Shown here piece after piece: positions 1 to 7,771 of a stretch of 64,000 bases of DNA. The position numbers and the translations under genes are program-made. The DNA lies in NCBI GenBank assembly GCA_016206785.1, contig JACQQV010000039.1, positions 5,978 to 69,977 of the forward strand, written 5' to 3'. The notes beneath the pieces were generated by a model, which made no database searches, had not been told where the DNA came from, and saw only the letters and a program-made list of their open reading frames with translations. Origin of the DNA: Candidatus Omnitrophota bacterium (lineage in GTDB: Bacteria > Omnitrophota > Gorgyraeia > JACQQV01). How positions within the stretch are numbered: the stretch's first letter is position 1; every line of letters starts with the position of its first letter.

Positions 1-116
1 TTTTTCAACCTGGATGATCCCTTCCCTTTCTGTGTATGTTGAAGTCGTCAATACCTCACTTCTCTCGAGTACCAAAAGAACGAGAAGGACAACGGAAACG
101 AAAATGACAAGTAGCT

Positions 117-1451
117 TCATGGCTTTCTCCCTTTTTCCAAAACGGTGAGCACTTGATCGAAAATATCACAGGCACTTTCCACCTCCTCCCGACTCACCAC
201 AAGCGGAGGTGAAAACCGGATCACTGATTCGCCGCAACTTAAAAGGAGCAGCCCCCTTTGAAACGCTTCTCGAATGACGGCGTTTCGTTCTTGAGGGGCA
301 TTTTCTTTGGTCGAACGGTTTTTCACAATTTCAACGCCTACCATCAAACCCTTGCCACGCACATCTCCCATCCAAGGATGCTTCTCCTTGAGTCCCAAAA
401 GTATCTTGAACAGTTCTTCCCCCACCTCTTTTGCATTTTGAATCAGCCCTTGTTCCAGGAGGCGGATCGTCTCAAGGGCAGCGGCACAGGAGACAGGATT
501 TCCGCCGAAGGTAGAGGCATGAGATCCCTCCGCCCACGTCATCACATCCTCCCGTGCGATGAGCGCACCCAGAGGCATGCCTGAGGCGATCCCTTTCGCC
601 AAACAGATCACATCGGGCTCCACTCCCCAGTGTTCAATGGCAAACATTTTTCCCGTACGCCCCATCCCTGATTGCACCTCATCGACAATATAAAGGATGT
701 CGTATTTCTCACAAATTTTTTTGAGCATAGGGTGATACTCGGGCGGAGGCACAATATACCCTCCCTCACCCTGGATCGGTTCCACGATGATGGCGGCCAC
801 CTCTTTAGGAGAAACGATTGTTTTAAAGAGGGTCTCTTCCAAGTAACTCACACAAGCAATCTTGCAACTGTCATAAACGAGATTATAGGGGCATCGGTAG
901 CAATAGCCGTATCCAATATGGGTGACCTCCGGAACAAGAGGCGCAAAATTTTCCACCTGAACGATTTTACTCCCGGTGAGGGAAAGGGCCCCGAGCGTGC
1001 GACCATGGAAGGCCCCGATAAAGGCGATCATATGCTGACGTTTGGTGTGATAGCGAGCCAGTTTAAAGGCGGCTTCAACCGCTTCCGCACCTGAATTCGT
1101 GAAGAGGACCTTTTTTCTAGAAGGTCCGGGAGTTATTTCTGCCAGTTTTCGGGCAAGGTCCCCCTGGGCCTTGTAATAGAAGTCGGTCCCTGACATGTGA
1201 ATGAGTTTTGAGGACTGGTAATGGATGGCGTTCACGATGTTGGGATGGCAATGGCCGGTAGCGACCACGGCGATCCCTGCTGTGAAATCGAGGAAGAGGT
1301 TTCCATCCACGTCTTCCACGGTAACGCCTGAAGCCCTGTCTACGACGAGAGGATAGATGCGGGTATAAGAAGGAGAGGTGTATTGTTCATCCTGCTGGAT
1401 GATTTTTTGGGCATTGGGACCGGGGAGGGGGGTACGGATGTGGGGAGTCAT
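117..1451 (-). CDS. Class III PLP-dependent aminotransferase (4-aminobutyrate / acetylornithine aminotransferase family)
   Basis: 444-aa ORF with the GabT-like N-terminus and class III aminotransferase layout; start ATG overlaps the stop of the upstream PilZ gene (TAATG). Confidence 0.85.
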   Translation of the reverse strand: MTPHIRTPLPGPNAQKIIQQDEQYTSPSYTRIYPLVVDRASGVTVEDVDGNLFLDFTAGIAVVATGHCHPNIVNAIHYQSSKLIHMSGTDFYYKAQGDLARKLAEITPGPSRKKVLFTNSGAEAVEAAFKLARYHTKRQHMIAFIGAFHGRTLGALSLTGSKIVQVENFAPLVPEVTHIGYGYCYRCPYNLVYDSCKIACVSYLEETLFKTIVSPKEVAAIIVEPIQGEGGYIVPPPEYHPMLKKICEKYDILYIVDEVQSGMGRTGKMFAIEHWGVEPDVICLAKGIASGMPLGALIAREDVMTWAEGSHASTFGGNPVSCAAALETIRLLEQGLIQNAKEVGEELFKILLGLKEKHPWMGDVRGKGLMVGVEIVKNRSTKENAPQERNAVIREAFQRGLLLLSCGESVIRFSPPLVVSREEVESACDIFDQVLTVLEKGRKP

Positions 1452-1828
1452 TACGACTCTTTTCGGACTGCCGCATACCCAAGAATGACATATTTGATGA
1501 TACGGTCGCGCTCCTTCGGTTCGATTTCGACGAATTCAATTCCTGCTTCGAGAACTTTTCCCTCTGTCTGTTGGGAGTGCAGGATCGAAAATTCTTCAGT
1601 CCAAACCACTCTTCCGATAGCGACGATCGGTTGGGGATCTTCTGGAAGATGAATGGTGAGTTTAAGAAGCGACTGAACAGGGACCGGTTCTGCAAGGAAC
1701 AGGCGAATCCCTCCCCCGCTGATGTCTTTGGTTTCGGTTGAAAGGGAGGAATTTTTTCGATCCTTGAGGATGGTGTACGTAATTTTCAGTCGCGTGTCTA
1801 ACCGAACGTATTTACGCTTCTCTTCCAT
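1451..1828 (-). CDS. PilZ domain protein (c-di-GMP binding)
   Basis: RxxxR (RKYVR) and DxSxxG (DISGGG) PilZ motifs; start moved to internal ATG 1828, preceded by AGGAGG at 6 nt. Confidence 0.7.
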   Translation of the reverse strand: MEEKRKYVRLDTRLKITYTILKDRKNSSLSTETKDISGGGIRLFLAEPVPVQSLLKLTIHLPEDPQPIVAIGRVVWTEEFSILHSQQTEGKVLEAGIEFVEIEPKERDRIIKYVILGYAAVRKES

Positions 1829-2288
1829 GCAACCCTCCTTCAAGCGCTTGTCTGACCAGCTCATGGACCACTTTCCCGTCCGCCCTCCCCTTTGTTTTGG
1901 GCATGAGAAGTTTCATCACTTTTCCCAGGTCCTGTAACCCCACGGCCCCACTTTCCCCAACCGCCTCTTGAATCCACTGAAGCAGTTCTTCGCGGCTCGC
2001 TTCATGGGGGCAATACGATTTTAAGATTTCGAGTTCCTTTGTTTCTTTTGCGACCAGATCTTCTCGTTTTCCCTTGGAAAAGCTGTCAATGGAGTCTTGG
2101 TGCTGTTTGATGAGTTGAACGATGACGTCCAAGACATCCCCGTCTTCTAGCCGTTCAACCTTTTTTGCGATGGAGCAATTGAGGAGTGAGGCCTTTAGAA
2201 ATCGGAGGGTCGAGACACGAAGCGCGTCGCGTCCTTTAAGCGCTGTTTTAAGATCCTCGTCTATTTTTTCAGCAAGCGTAGTGGCCAT
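1812..2288 (-). CDS. GatB/YqeY domain protein
   Basis: MATTLAEKIDEDLKTALK.. matches the N-terminus of the GatB_Yqey family; the upstream 21 codons of the ORF lack family similarity. Confidence 0.7.
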   Translation of the reverse strand: MATTLAEKIDEDLKTALKGRDALRVSTLRFLKASLLNCSIAKKVERLEDGDVLDVIVQLIKQHQDSIDSFSKGKREDLVAKETKELEILKSYCPHEASREELLQWIQEAVGESGAVGLQDLGKVMKLLMPKTKGRADGKVVHELVRQALEGGLHGREA

Positions 2289-2324
2289 CGGTTCAATTAT
2301 AAAAGGATCACCCAAAATTCGCAA

Positions 2325-2798
2325 GTGAAAAAAGAGGCAATCATTCACAACCTCTTGACAATGGATAGGTTATATGATATGCTTAGGGATGTCAAGTTTG
2401 AAGAGGAGGGCGTTTCGTTGGAAGAGATGTCATTTCAAATCGATTTTTGCGAGAGACTACTCGAAAAAAACCCAACTTTCGTGGAGGCGATGATCGTTTT
2501 GGGAGAGCTCTACTCTCGGAAAGGACTTCACGAAAAGGGACTTGGAATCGATCTCCGCCTGGTCCAACTACGGCCAGAAGATCCCATCTGCCATTATAAT
2601 TTGGCCTGCAGTTACTCACTTCTTAAGCGGAATACGGAAGCGCTCGCGGCACTTGAGAAATCCATTGTTCTGGGGTATGATGACTTCCAATTTCTCCAGA
2701 AGGATGATGACCTCTATGCGCTACGACAAGATGCCCGCTATCAGGAACTTCTCAACAAATATCAGAAGAAACGGACCTCTCAGAAAGATTCCTTGTAG
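2325..2798 (+). CDS. TPR-repeat protein
   Basis: TPR-like helical repeats (..YNLACSYSLLKRNTEALAALEKSI..); GTG at 2325 or ATG at 2361, start uncertain. Confidence 0.5.
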   Translation: MKKEAIIHNLLTMDRLYDMLRDVKFEEEGVSLEEMSFQIDFCERLLEKNPTFVEAMIVLGELYSRKGLHEKGLGIDLRLVQLRPEDPICHYNLACSYSLLKRNTEALAALEKSIVLGYDDFQFLQKDDDLYALRQDARYQELLNKYQKKRTSQKDSL

Positions 2799-3412
2799 GC
2801 TGCTTGGAGGGATTTCCCCGAGTAACGAAGGTGGAGGTGGTATTTGGTCTTTAACTTCTTATTCGCTCTCTCGATCTCCTTGCAGGCTTCAAGACATCCC
2901 GCCAGAAGATCACCCATGAACGGAATGGAGGCTTGTATGGATTCGGCAGTGACTTCCGCAAGGTGAAGGGCCCAGGTGATCTTTTCCTCTTCAGTGAGAA
3001 CTCTTGAAGCGGAGTTTTCATCCCAGCTCATATAATTTCGAAGGCCTCCCTCCACGCGGACAGAAAGTGTCGCATCCGGCCTGTAAATTTGACCGATTAC
3101 TTTTCTTCCGATAGAGAATTTTCTTTGAAGGTTTTGTAGCGCAACACGACTTCCTTCTGGAAGGCGAGACGAAGCCTCTTCTGGAAGAGGGGCCCTTTCC
3201 TTCTCACCCTGGAAAGCGAAGAACCGTTCTTCTATCAGGATCGGTTCAGGGGCCGATTGAGAAACAGAAAAACTCATATCTGGCAGTGGGGTCTCTGTTG
3301 GAGAAAGGGGAGGCATCTCTTCAGAACAAGCGCTTTCCACCTGGCAGAAAAGCCCCAGCACACCACACCCCATAAGGAGAATGAGTACTTTTTCCTCTTT
3401 AAGCCGATCCAT
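2780..3412 (-). CDS. Hypothetical secreted protein
   Basis: N-terminal hydrophobic signal-like segment (LILLMGCGVLGLFC); no recognisable domain. Confidence 0.45.
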   Translation of the reverse strand: MDRLKEEKVLILLMGCGVLGLFCQVESACSEEMPPLSPTETPLPDMSFSVSQSAPEPILIEERFFAFQGEKERAPLPEEASSRLPEGSRVALQNLQRKFSIGRKVIGQIYRPDATLSVRVEGGLRNYMSWDENSASRVLTEEEKITWALHLAEVTAESIQASIPFMGDLLAGCLEACKEIERANKKLKTKYHLHLRYSGKSLQAAYKESF

Positions 3413-3503
3413 AAGATTGCTCCTTTTATAGTATCAAGTATATCATATAACATTCGAATTTTCAAGGGGTTAAAGAAATATCCTATCGTTATATCACATT
3501 GTC

Positions 3504-4085
3504 TTAAAGGAAGTTAGGAAGGAGGAGGAGCCCAACGATCGTTTTGGCATCTTGAATAAGGCCTTTTCGAATCATTTTCTCAGTTTTTTTGAGAGGAAAA
3601 ACGTGCGGTTGAATCGCTTCGTCTTCTTCCAATTTTTGGGAAAAGGGTGAGAGATGAGTGGCGACGTACACAACCATTTTTTCTGTGCAGAACCCGGGCG
3701 AGGGGTAAAAAACAGCCACCTTCTTTAACGTTTTAGCACGATACCCGGTTTCTTCGCTCAACTCCCGCGCGGCACAACGTTTGGGAGACTCCCCTTTTTC
3801 TAAGGTTCCTGCGGGAATTTCCCAAAGGGTCTTCCGGACGGAGGGTCGGAACTGTCGGATGAGGACAACCTTTTTCTTTGAGAGAAGAGGAACAATCGCA
3901 CACGAGCCGGGATGATGTACCGTCTCTCGGCGAATTTTCTTTCCGGAACCGAGGAGAAAATCATCCAAGGTCAGCGAGAGAAGTTTCCCTTTGTAGATGG
4001 AATGGCGTTTGAGTCTAGGGCTATTCCGTTTCTTGGGGAGGTTTTTTCGTTGCAACGACTTTCCACGCTTTCTCTTCTTTTTCAA
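3504..4085 (-). CDS. NUDIX hydrolase (ADP-ribose pyrophosphatase-like)
   Basis: Nudix box GTLEKGESPKRCAARELSEETG; lysine-rich N-terminal 30 aa is unusual and may not be translated as shown. Confidence 0.8.
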   Translation of the reverse strand: MKKKRKRGKSLQRKNLPKKRNSPRLKRHSIYKGKLLSLTLDDFLLGSGKKIRRETVHHPGSCAIVPLLSKKKVVLIRQFRPSVRKTLWEIPAGTLEKGESPKRCAARELSEETGYRAKTLKKVAVFYPSPGFCTEKMVVYVATHLSPFSQKLEEDEAIQPHVFPLKKTEKMIRKGLIQDAKTIVGLLLLPNFL

Positions 4086-4515
4086 ACGTGATCAGGAAAC
4101 GGTCGCTCCCTCTTACCGACAGAAGATCTTCCGTTTCGCCGGCAGAGGCCGTTCCCACAACCTTGGCAATGACCTCTGCCGTGGCATGATCTCCTTCTAC
4201 AGAGATGCCCAGGATCTTCGAGGATACAGAAATCTTCGGATAGGCTCGATAGATTTGAGCGACGAGGTAACCGACGGTCTGATAATCCAATCCCATGTCA
4301 TCGCTGTATCGGTGAGACGCATAAGACAAGGTTTTCGGAAGATTGCGTTGCACAGCGGCCTTCGAGACGCCTTGAATAAGTCTCCGAATCTGCTCTTCCG
4401 GCGATGGCCGGAGAAAAATTTTGAGACCCATCCAGACAGCGAAGGCAAGGAGCAGAACTGAGAAAAACGATCTCCAAGAGAAAACTTTGCTTACCAGAGG
4501 TGTTTCTGCAACCAT
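4021..4515 (-). CDS. Hypothetical membrane-anchored protein
   Basis: One N-terminal TM segment (FFSVLLLAFAVWMGL) then a soluble domain; start placed at internal Met, uncertain. Confidence 0.4.
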   Translation of the reverse strand: MVAETPLVSKVFSWRSFFSVLLLAFAVWMGLKIFLRPSPEEQIRRLIQGVSKAAVQRNLPKTLSYASHRYSDDMGLDYQTVGYLVAQIYRAYPKISVSSKILGISVEGDHATAEVIAKVVGTASAGETEDLLSVRGSDRFLITFEKEEKAWKVVATKKPPQETE

Positions 4516-4778
4516 TGATCGGCGTTCTTTGCACCCCTCGCGGTTTGAGTAAGCCCTCCCCAGGTGCCATACCAGAGAAGCTTCCCCGTATTCATCGTCA
4601 GGCCCCAAATTCCTTTGCCGACAGATTCCACCCCATGACGCACTCCAAAGAAACTGTCCGAAAGGGCTTTCTTGGAGACCTGGTAGTCACGAAAGGATTC
4701 TCCTGAGGTCTCTGAGAGAAAAGAGGCGTGGCATAGGAAGGCAAAGAGGAGAAAGTAACTTAAACGTTTTGTAAACAT
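4491..4778 (-). CDS. Hypothetical small secreted protein
   Basis: Signal-peptide-like N-terminus (LSYFLLFAFLCHASF); overlaps neighbour by about 24 nt. Confidence 0.35.
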   Translation of the reverse strand: MFTKRLSYFLLFAFLCHASFLSETSGESFRDYQVSKKALSDSFFGVRHGVESVGKGIWGLTMNTGKLLWYGTWGGLTQTARGAKNADQWLQKHLW

Positions 4779-4825
4779 CCTAAGTGCTTATTATACTATA
4801 AATTGGGTCAATTTTCAAGTGAATT

Positions 4826-5056
4826 TTAGGGTTTGCGAATATAAAAGCGGTACTGACCTTCGGAGTGATCGGACTTTAAGATTTCGTTACCGGTGGCTTT
4901 GCACCAGGCAGGCATGTCGCTTAAGATTCCTTCATCATCGGAGATGACCTCTAGCACCTCCCCCCTTTTAAGTTCCTTGATTTTTTTGCTGGTGAGGTAG
5001 ATCGGAATGGGGCAAAGAGTTCCCAGGGTATCTAAGACAACGGCGTTGAATTCCAT
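4826..5056 (-). CDS. TusA-like sulfurtransferase
   Basis: 76 aa with CPxP motif (LCPIPI) near the N-terminus, typical of the TusA/SirA family. Confidence 0.75.
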   Translation of the reverse strand: MEFNAVVLDTLGTLCPIPIYLTSKKIKELKRGEVLEVISDDEGILSDMPAWCKATGNEILKSDHSEGQYRFYIRKP

Positions 5057-5134
5057 GGCATTTTTCTCTAAATCTTTCTTTACGATATCACACAGACCCT
5101 CTTGGGTTCAACTCTTAAACAAGGGCTTAAAGCA

Positions 5135-5161
5135 AAGAGGTGAACCAGGGATTCACCTCTT
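5135..5161 (-). terminator. Hairpin downstream of the small secreted-protein gene
   Basis: 10-bp perfect stem AAGAGGTGAA/TTCACCTCTT with 7-nt loop; weak U-run (UGCUUUAAGC) on the minus strand. Confidence 0.4.
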
Positions 5162-5198
5162 TTGAGAAACCTGCTTAAGATTCTTCCAGCAGGGTCGC

Positions 5199-5552
5199 TT
5201 AACGGGCCCCCTCTCCCGAGAAAACAGTTTCGGGCTCTATAAGGGGTTCCTCATAATTCTTAGGAACTGGAAAGAGAAACGTGCCTGCCTCAACTCCACC
5301 TGCCGTGGTACGAACAGCAGTCTTCGCGCTTCCTTTGATCGGGGCGACCGTTACTCCAAGAAGAGGATTCTCTTTTCCGGTGTTGTACATTTCTTTCAAA
5401 AGCTCGATCCATCCCGTTCCCGCATTAACGACTCCCCGCGTGAGTTTCTGTCCCATCCCTGAGCCGATCTCTTTTGCGGTTGCGGCAAGCGTGGCCGTGG
5501 CAAAAGAAATGGTGAAAAGCACTGCCAGTCCCAGTGTCAAAACTTTCTTCAT
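5199..5552 (-). CDS. Small secreted protein, paralog A (possibly exosortase-associated TIGR04073-like family)
   Basis: Signal peptide ending ATLAATA; conserved blocks KLTRGVVNAGTGWIEL and GTFLFPVP..EPETVF shared with ORF 7370..7711; AAGGGGG SD. Confidence 0.6.
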   Translation of the reverse strand: MKKVLTLGLAVLFTISFATATLAATAKEIGSGMGQKLTRGVVNAGTGWIELLKEMYNTGKENPLLGVTVAPIKGSAKTAVRTTAGGVEAGTFLFPVPKNYEEPLIEPETVFSGEGAR

Positions 5553-5578
5553 GGGAAACCCCCTTTCATCACTTTGGG

Positions 5579-5878
5579 TTAGACTGCTTTTTTCCGAAGA
5601 AGATCGTCTCTTAAGTCAGTGAAATGTTGCTGATCAAATCCTGCCTTGATGATCTTCTGTTCCAGTTCTTCCTTGGAACGGACACCATCGCCGGTGACAC
5701 CAAGGGCTCTCAGGGCGTTGACCATCGTGTAGATGATCTTGGTCCTGGAAAGCTTGGCCCCCGTCGTGAAGAGCGCATCCTTTCCAAGTTTGTCGAGGAA
5801 ATCAACCTGTTCTCGGTTTAGGAGCGCAATCACCCGATGGGTGACTTGTCTGGTCTCTTTTTCTTGCGGCCGTGTCAT
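5579..5878 (-). CDS. Small protein, putative ribbon-helix-helix DNA-binding fold
   Basis: Start ATG 5878 preceded by AAGGAGGG at 8 nt; HRVIALLNREQVDFLDKL resembles an RHH beta-strand plus helix; function uncertain. Confidence 0.5.
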   Translation of the reverse strand: MTRPQEKETRQVTHRVIALLNREQVDFLDKLGKDALFTTGAKLSRTKIIYTMVNALRALGVTGDGVRSKEELEQKIIKAGFDQQHFTDLRDDLLRKKAV

Positions 5879-5904
5879 GGTTTTCACCCTCCTTAGTTTC
5901 TTTT

Positions 5905-5942
5905 TCAAAATAAAACCGCCTGACTCGAAAGAGTAAGGCGGT
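5905..5942 (-). terminator. Intrinsic terminator forming the expression platform of the candidate riboswitch
   Basis: Stem ACCGCCT(GACTC)/(GAGU)AGGCGGT with GAAA loop, followed on the minus strand by UUUAUUUU; lies between the aptamer and the SD. Confidence 0.6.
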
Positions 5943-5960
5943 AGGCATAAAAAAACTTTT

Positions 5961-6040
5961 CCATTTCGGTAGCCCAGCTGCCCTTTACGGGTCTGTGGCT
6001 TTGCGCCCTACCCTTTCGGAGTAGTTAGCCTTTGTCGTGC
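5961..6040 (-). ncRNA. Candidate GEMM-I (c-di-GMP / cGAMP class) riboswitch aptamer
   Basis: Minus-strand RNA GCACGACAAAGGCUAACUACUCCGAAAGGGUAGGGCGCAAAGCCACAGACCCGUAAAGGGCAGCUGGGCUACCGAAAUGG: GNRA-capped hairpin, GGGCGCAAAGCC junction and GGGCUACCGA block resemble the Vc2 c-di-GMP-I aptamer as recalled. Confidence 0.6.
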
Positions 6041-6051
6041 GGAAAAGCACT

Positions 6052-6101
6052 CAATTGTCAAATACTAAAAAAAGTATACATGAAAAAGTTGCAATTGTCA
6101 A
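6052..6101. repeat. Two direct copies of CAATTGTCAA 40 bp apart, flanking an A7-centred palindrome ATACT-A7-AGTAT
   Basis: 6052-6061 and 6092-6101 are identical; each carries TTGACA on the minus strand; the palindrome 6062-6078 overlaps the -10 element. Confidence 0.6.
6073..6101 (-). promoter_or_regulatory. Sigma70-type promoter TTGACA-17-TATACT driving the riboswitch leader
   Basis: -35 TTGACA (6101..6096), 17-nt spacer, -10 TATACT (6078..6073) on the minus strand; predicted TSS near 6065. Confidence 0.55.
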
Positions 6102-7306
6102 GGGGGAGACTTTAAAAAAGTCTCTCCCGGGACCTTTTTAAGAAGAATCCAGAAGGCGATGGTCATCCAAACCAAAAGACAAAAGAGGGCTCCGCGATAA
6201 TTCCAGGGAAAGTGGGACTTGAAAAGCCAGACAACGCTCCCCCACACCAAGGGTCCTGTGATGGCCGCCAGCCGTCCTATAAGGCCCAGACAACCGAAAA
6301 CCTCTGCGAGATACTCACGAGAGGTGAAACGGATGACCAGCACTCGGCTGGCGACCCAGGTGGATCCCATCACCGTTCCGATGAGTCCCCCCGTGAACCA
6401 AAAGTGCCAACGTAGCGTTGCAAGGATGGCGCAGAGAAATCCAGCACACCATCCACCGAGACTTAAGAGGAGGATCCTTTTTGCCCCGAACCGGTCCGTG
6501 AATATTCCAGCAACGAAAGCGCTTACGATGGCGAATAGGGTTGTCAGGAAGAAGAAAGTAATCATTTCACGGTCATTAAGGCCGATCACTTTTTGGGTAT
6601 AGACCGACATAAACAGGATCACGGGTTGAATCGCCATTAACGAAAAGAAATGGGCTTTAACGAACGGTCGTAAAGGGGTTCCCTTCTTGAAATGTTCCAT
6701 TCCCTTTTTAAATCGTTGAGAAGTCGCGTGGAGGAGGGAGAAAGAGGGGGAAAGAAATGCAGGCGAGAGATCTCGAACAATGAGAAAACATGGAAGAGAA
6801 AAAAGAAGAAAGAAGAGCGCCGTAGGAAGGAAAGCCGCTTGATACCCTTGTGTCAAGACAAAAGGTCTTACAATCGCTAGTCCTATGAGGGTTCCACAGT
6901 ACCCCAGAGAAACACCGAGGCCCGAAACTTTTCCGATTGTTTCTTTTGATCCCACCTCAGGAAGGAGCGCGTCATAGAAAAGAAGACCCAACTGGTAACC
7001 GACATTGGCAATACCAAAAAAGAAAAGGCCCCATCCTAACGAGGAGATGCGGGATAAAAGGGCGGTCGCCATCACACACAAAAATGTAGTAGGAACGAGA
7101 AAAATCATCCGCCGTTGGAGGTGATCTGAAAGCGCTCCCAAAAAGGGCATCAAAAGACTGGCAACAAAGATCGAAACGGATGTTGCGACGGCGTAAAGGA
7201 GATCAGATCCACCGCGATCCTGGGTGACCCAAAGAGGAAAGTATAAGGAAAGGATGTTGATGGAGAAGAGGGTGTTGGCGAGGTCATAGGTTGACCAGGC
7301 CAACAT
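6098..7306 (-). CDS. MFS transporter, Atg22-like family
   Basis: About 12 predicted TM segments; N-terminal AWSTYDLANTLF matches the Atg22-like MFS signature; start moved to ATG 7306 because a terminator hairpin lies inside the longer ORF. Confidence 0.8.
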   Translation of the reverse strand: MLAWSTYDLANTLFSINILSLYFPLWVTQDRGGSDLLYAVATSVSIFVASLLMPFLGALSDHLQRRMIFLVPTTFLCVMATALLSRISSLGWGLFFFGIANVGYQLGLLFYDALLPEVGSKETIGKVSGLGVSLGYCGTLIGLAIVRPFVLTQGYQAAFLPTALFFLLFSLPCFLIVRDLSPAFLSPSFSLLHATSQRFKKGMEHFKKGTPLRPFVKAHFFSLMAIQPVILFMSVYTQKVIGLNDREMITFFFLTTLFAIVSAFVAGIFTDRFGAKRILLLSLGGWCAGFLCAILATLRWHFWFTGGLIGTVMGSTWVASRVLVIRFTSREYLAEVFGCLGLIGRLAAITGPLVWGSVVWLFKSHFPWNYRGALFCLLVWMTIAFWILLKKVPGETFLKSPP

Positions 7307-7307
7307 T

Positions 7308-7342
7308 CTCAAAAAAGAAAGAGCCCCCTTTTTAGGGGGCTC
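7308..7342 (-). terminator. Intrinsic terminator after small secreted-protein paralog B
   Basis: Perfect 8-bp stem GAGCCCCC/GGGGGCTC, 6-nt loop, followed on the minus strand by UUUCUUUUUU; 27 nt past the stop at 7370. Confidence 0.6.
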
Positions 7343-7369
7343 TTGGTGAATCACCTAAAGCTCAGTCGT

Positions 7370-7711
7370 TTAGAAAACGGTTTCGGGATCGAGAGCCGAT
7401 CGGTAATCAGGAGGAATCGGGAAGAGGAACGTTCCCACATCCCACACACCGACGACCTCTCTGGCGACCGTCCAACCGATTCCGAGGGCAACTCCCTTCG
7501 TGGCTCCGGCACCAAATCCCTCGGCCTGCCCAACTTTATGGGGCTGATTAAAAAGTTCAACCCAGCCGGTGGCGACATTGATGATACCCCGTCTGAGCTT
7601 GTTGCCCATTTTCGACATCGTGCTATCCTGCGCATACGTCGGCGACGCAAAGACCGCCAATAGGACAAAAACGGTTATGGCCGCTATAAAGACATTCTTT
7701 TTATTTTTCAT
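7370..7711 (-). CDS. Small secreted protein, paralog B
   Basis: Signal peptide ending PTYAQD; blocks KLRRGIINVATGWVEL and GTFLFPIP..DPETVF shared with 5199..5552; start ATG 7711 preceded by AGGGGGTGA. Confidence 0.6.
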   Translation of the reverse strand: MKNKKNVFIAAITVFVLLAVFASPTYAQDSTMSKMGNKLRRGIINVATGWVELFNQPHKVGQAEGFGAGATKGVALGIGWTVAREVVGVWDVGTFLFPIPPDYRSALDPETVF

Positions 7712-7742
7712 GGTCACTTCACCCCCTTCCATAAGTAGAAAT

Positions 7743-7771
7743 AGTATATCAAAATAAATAACCTTTGTCAA
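7743..7771 (-). promoter_or_regulatory. Sigma70-type promoter TTGACA-17-TATACT for paralog B
   Basis: -35 TTGACA (7771..7766, overlapping the fadD-like stop), 17-nt spacer, -10 TATACT (7748..7743). Confidence 0.5.

Noticed and set aside
258-1094. Plus-strand ORFs 258..584 and 672..1094 inside the aminotransferase gene
   Set aside because: Antisense to a well-supported minus-strand CDS, with no SD and no domain; this is typical of the spurious reverse-frame ORFs seen throughout the window, for example 11854..12534, 51824..52558 and 58305..59231.
3996-4085. Lys/Arg-rich 30-residue N-terminus of the Nudix hydrolase as a nucleic-acid-binding extension
   Set aside because: No other in-frame ATG is available, but the start codon may be a non-ATG codon further downstream; the evidence is too weak to claim a functional basic tail.
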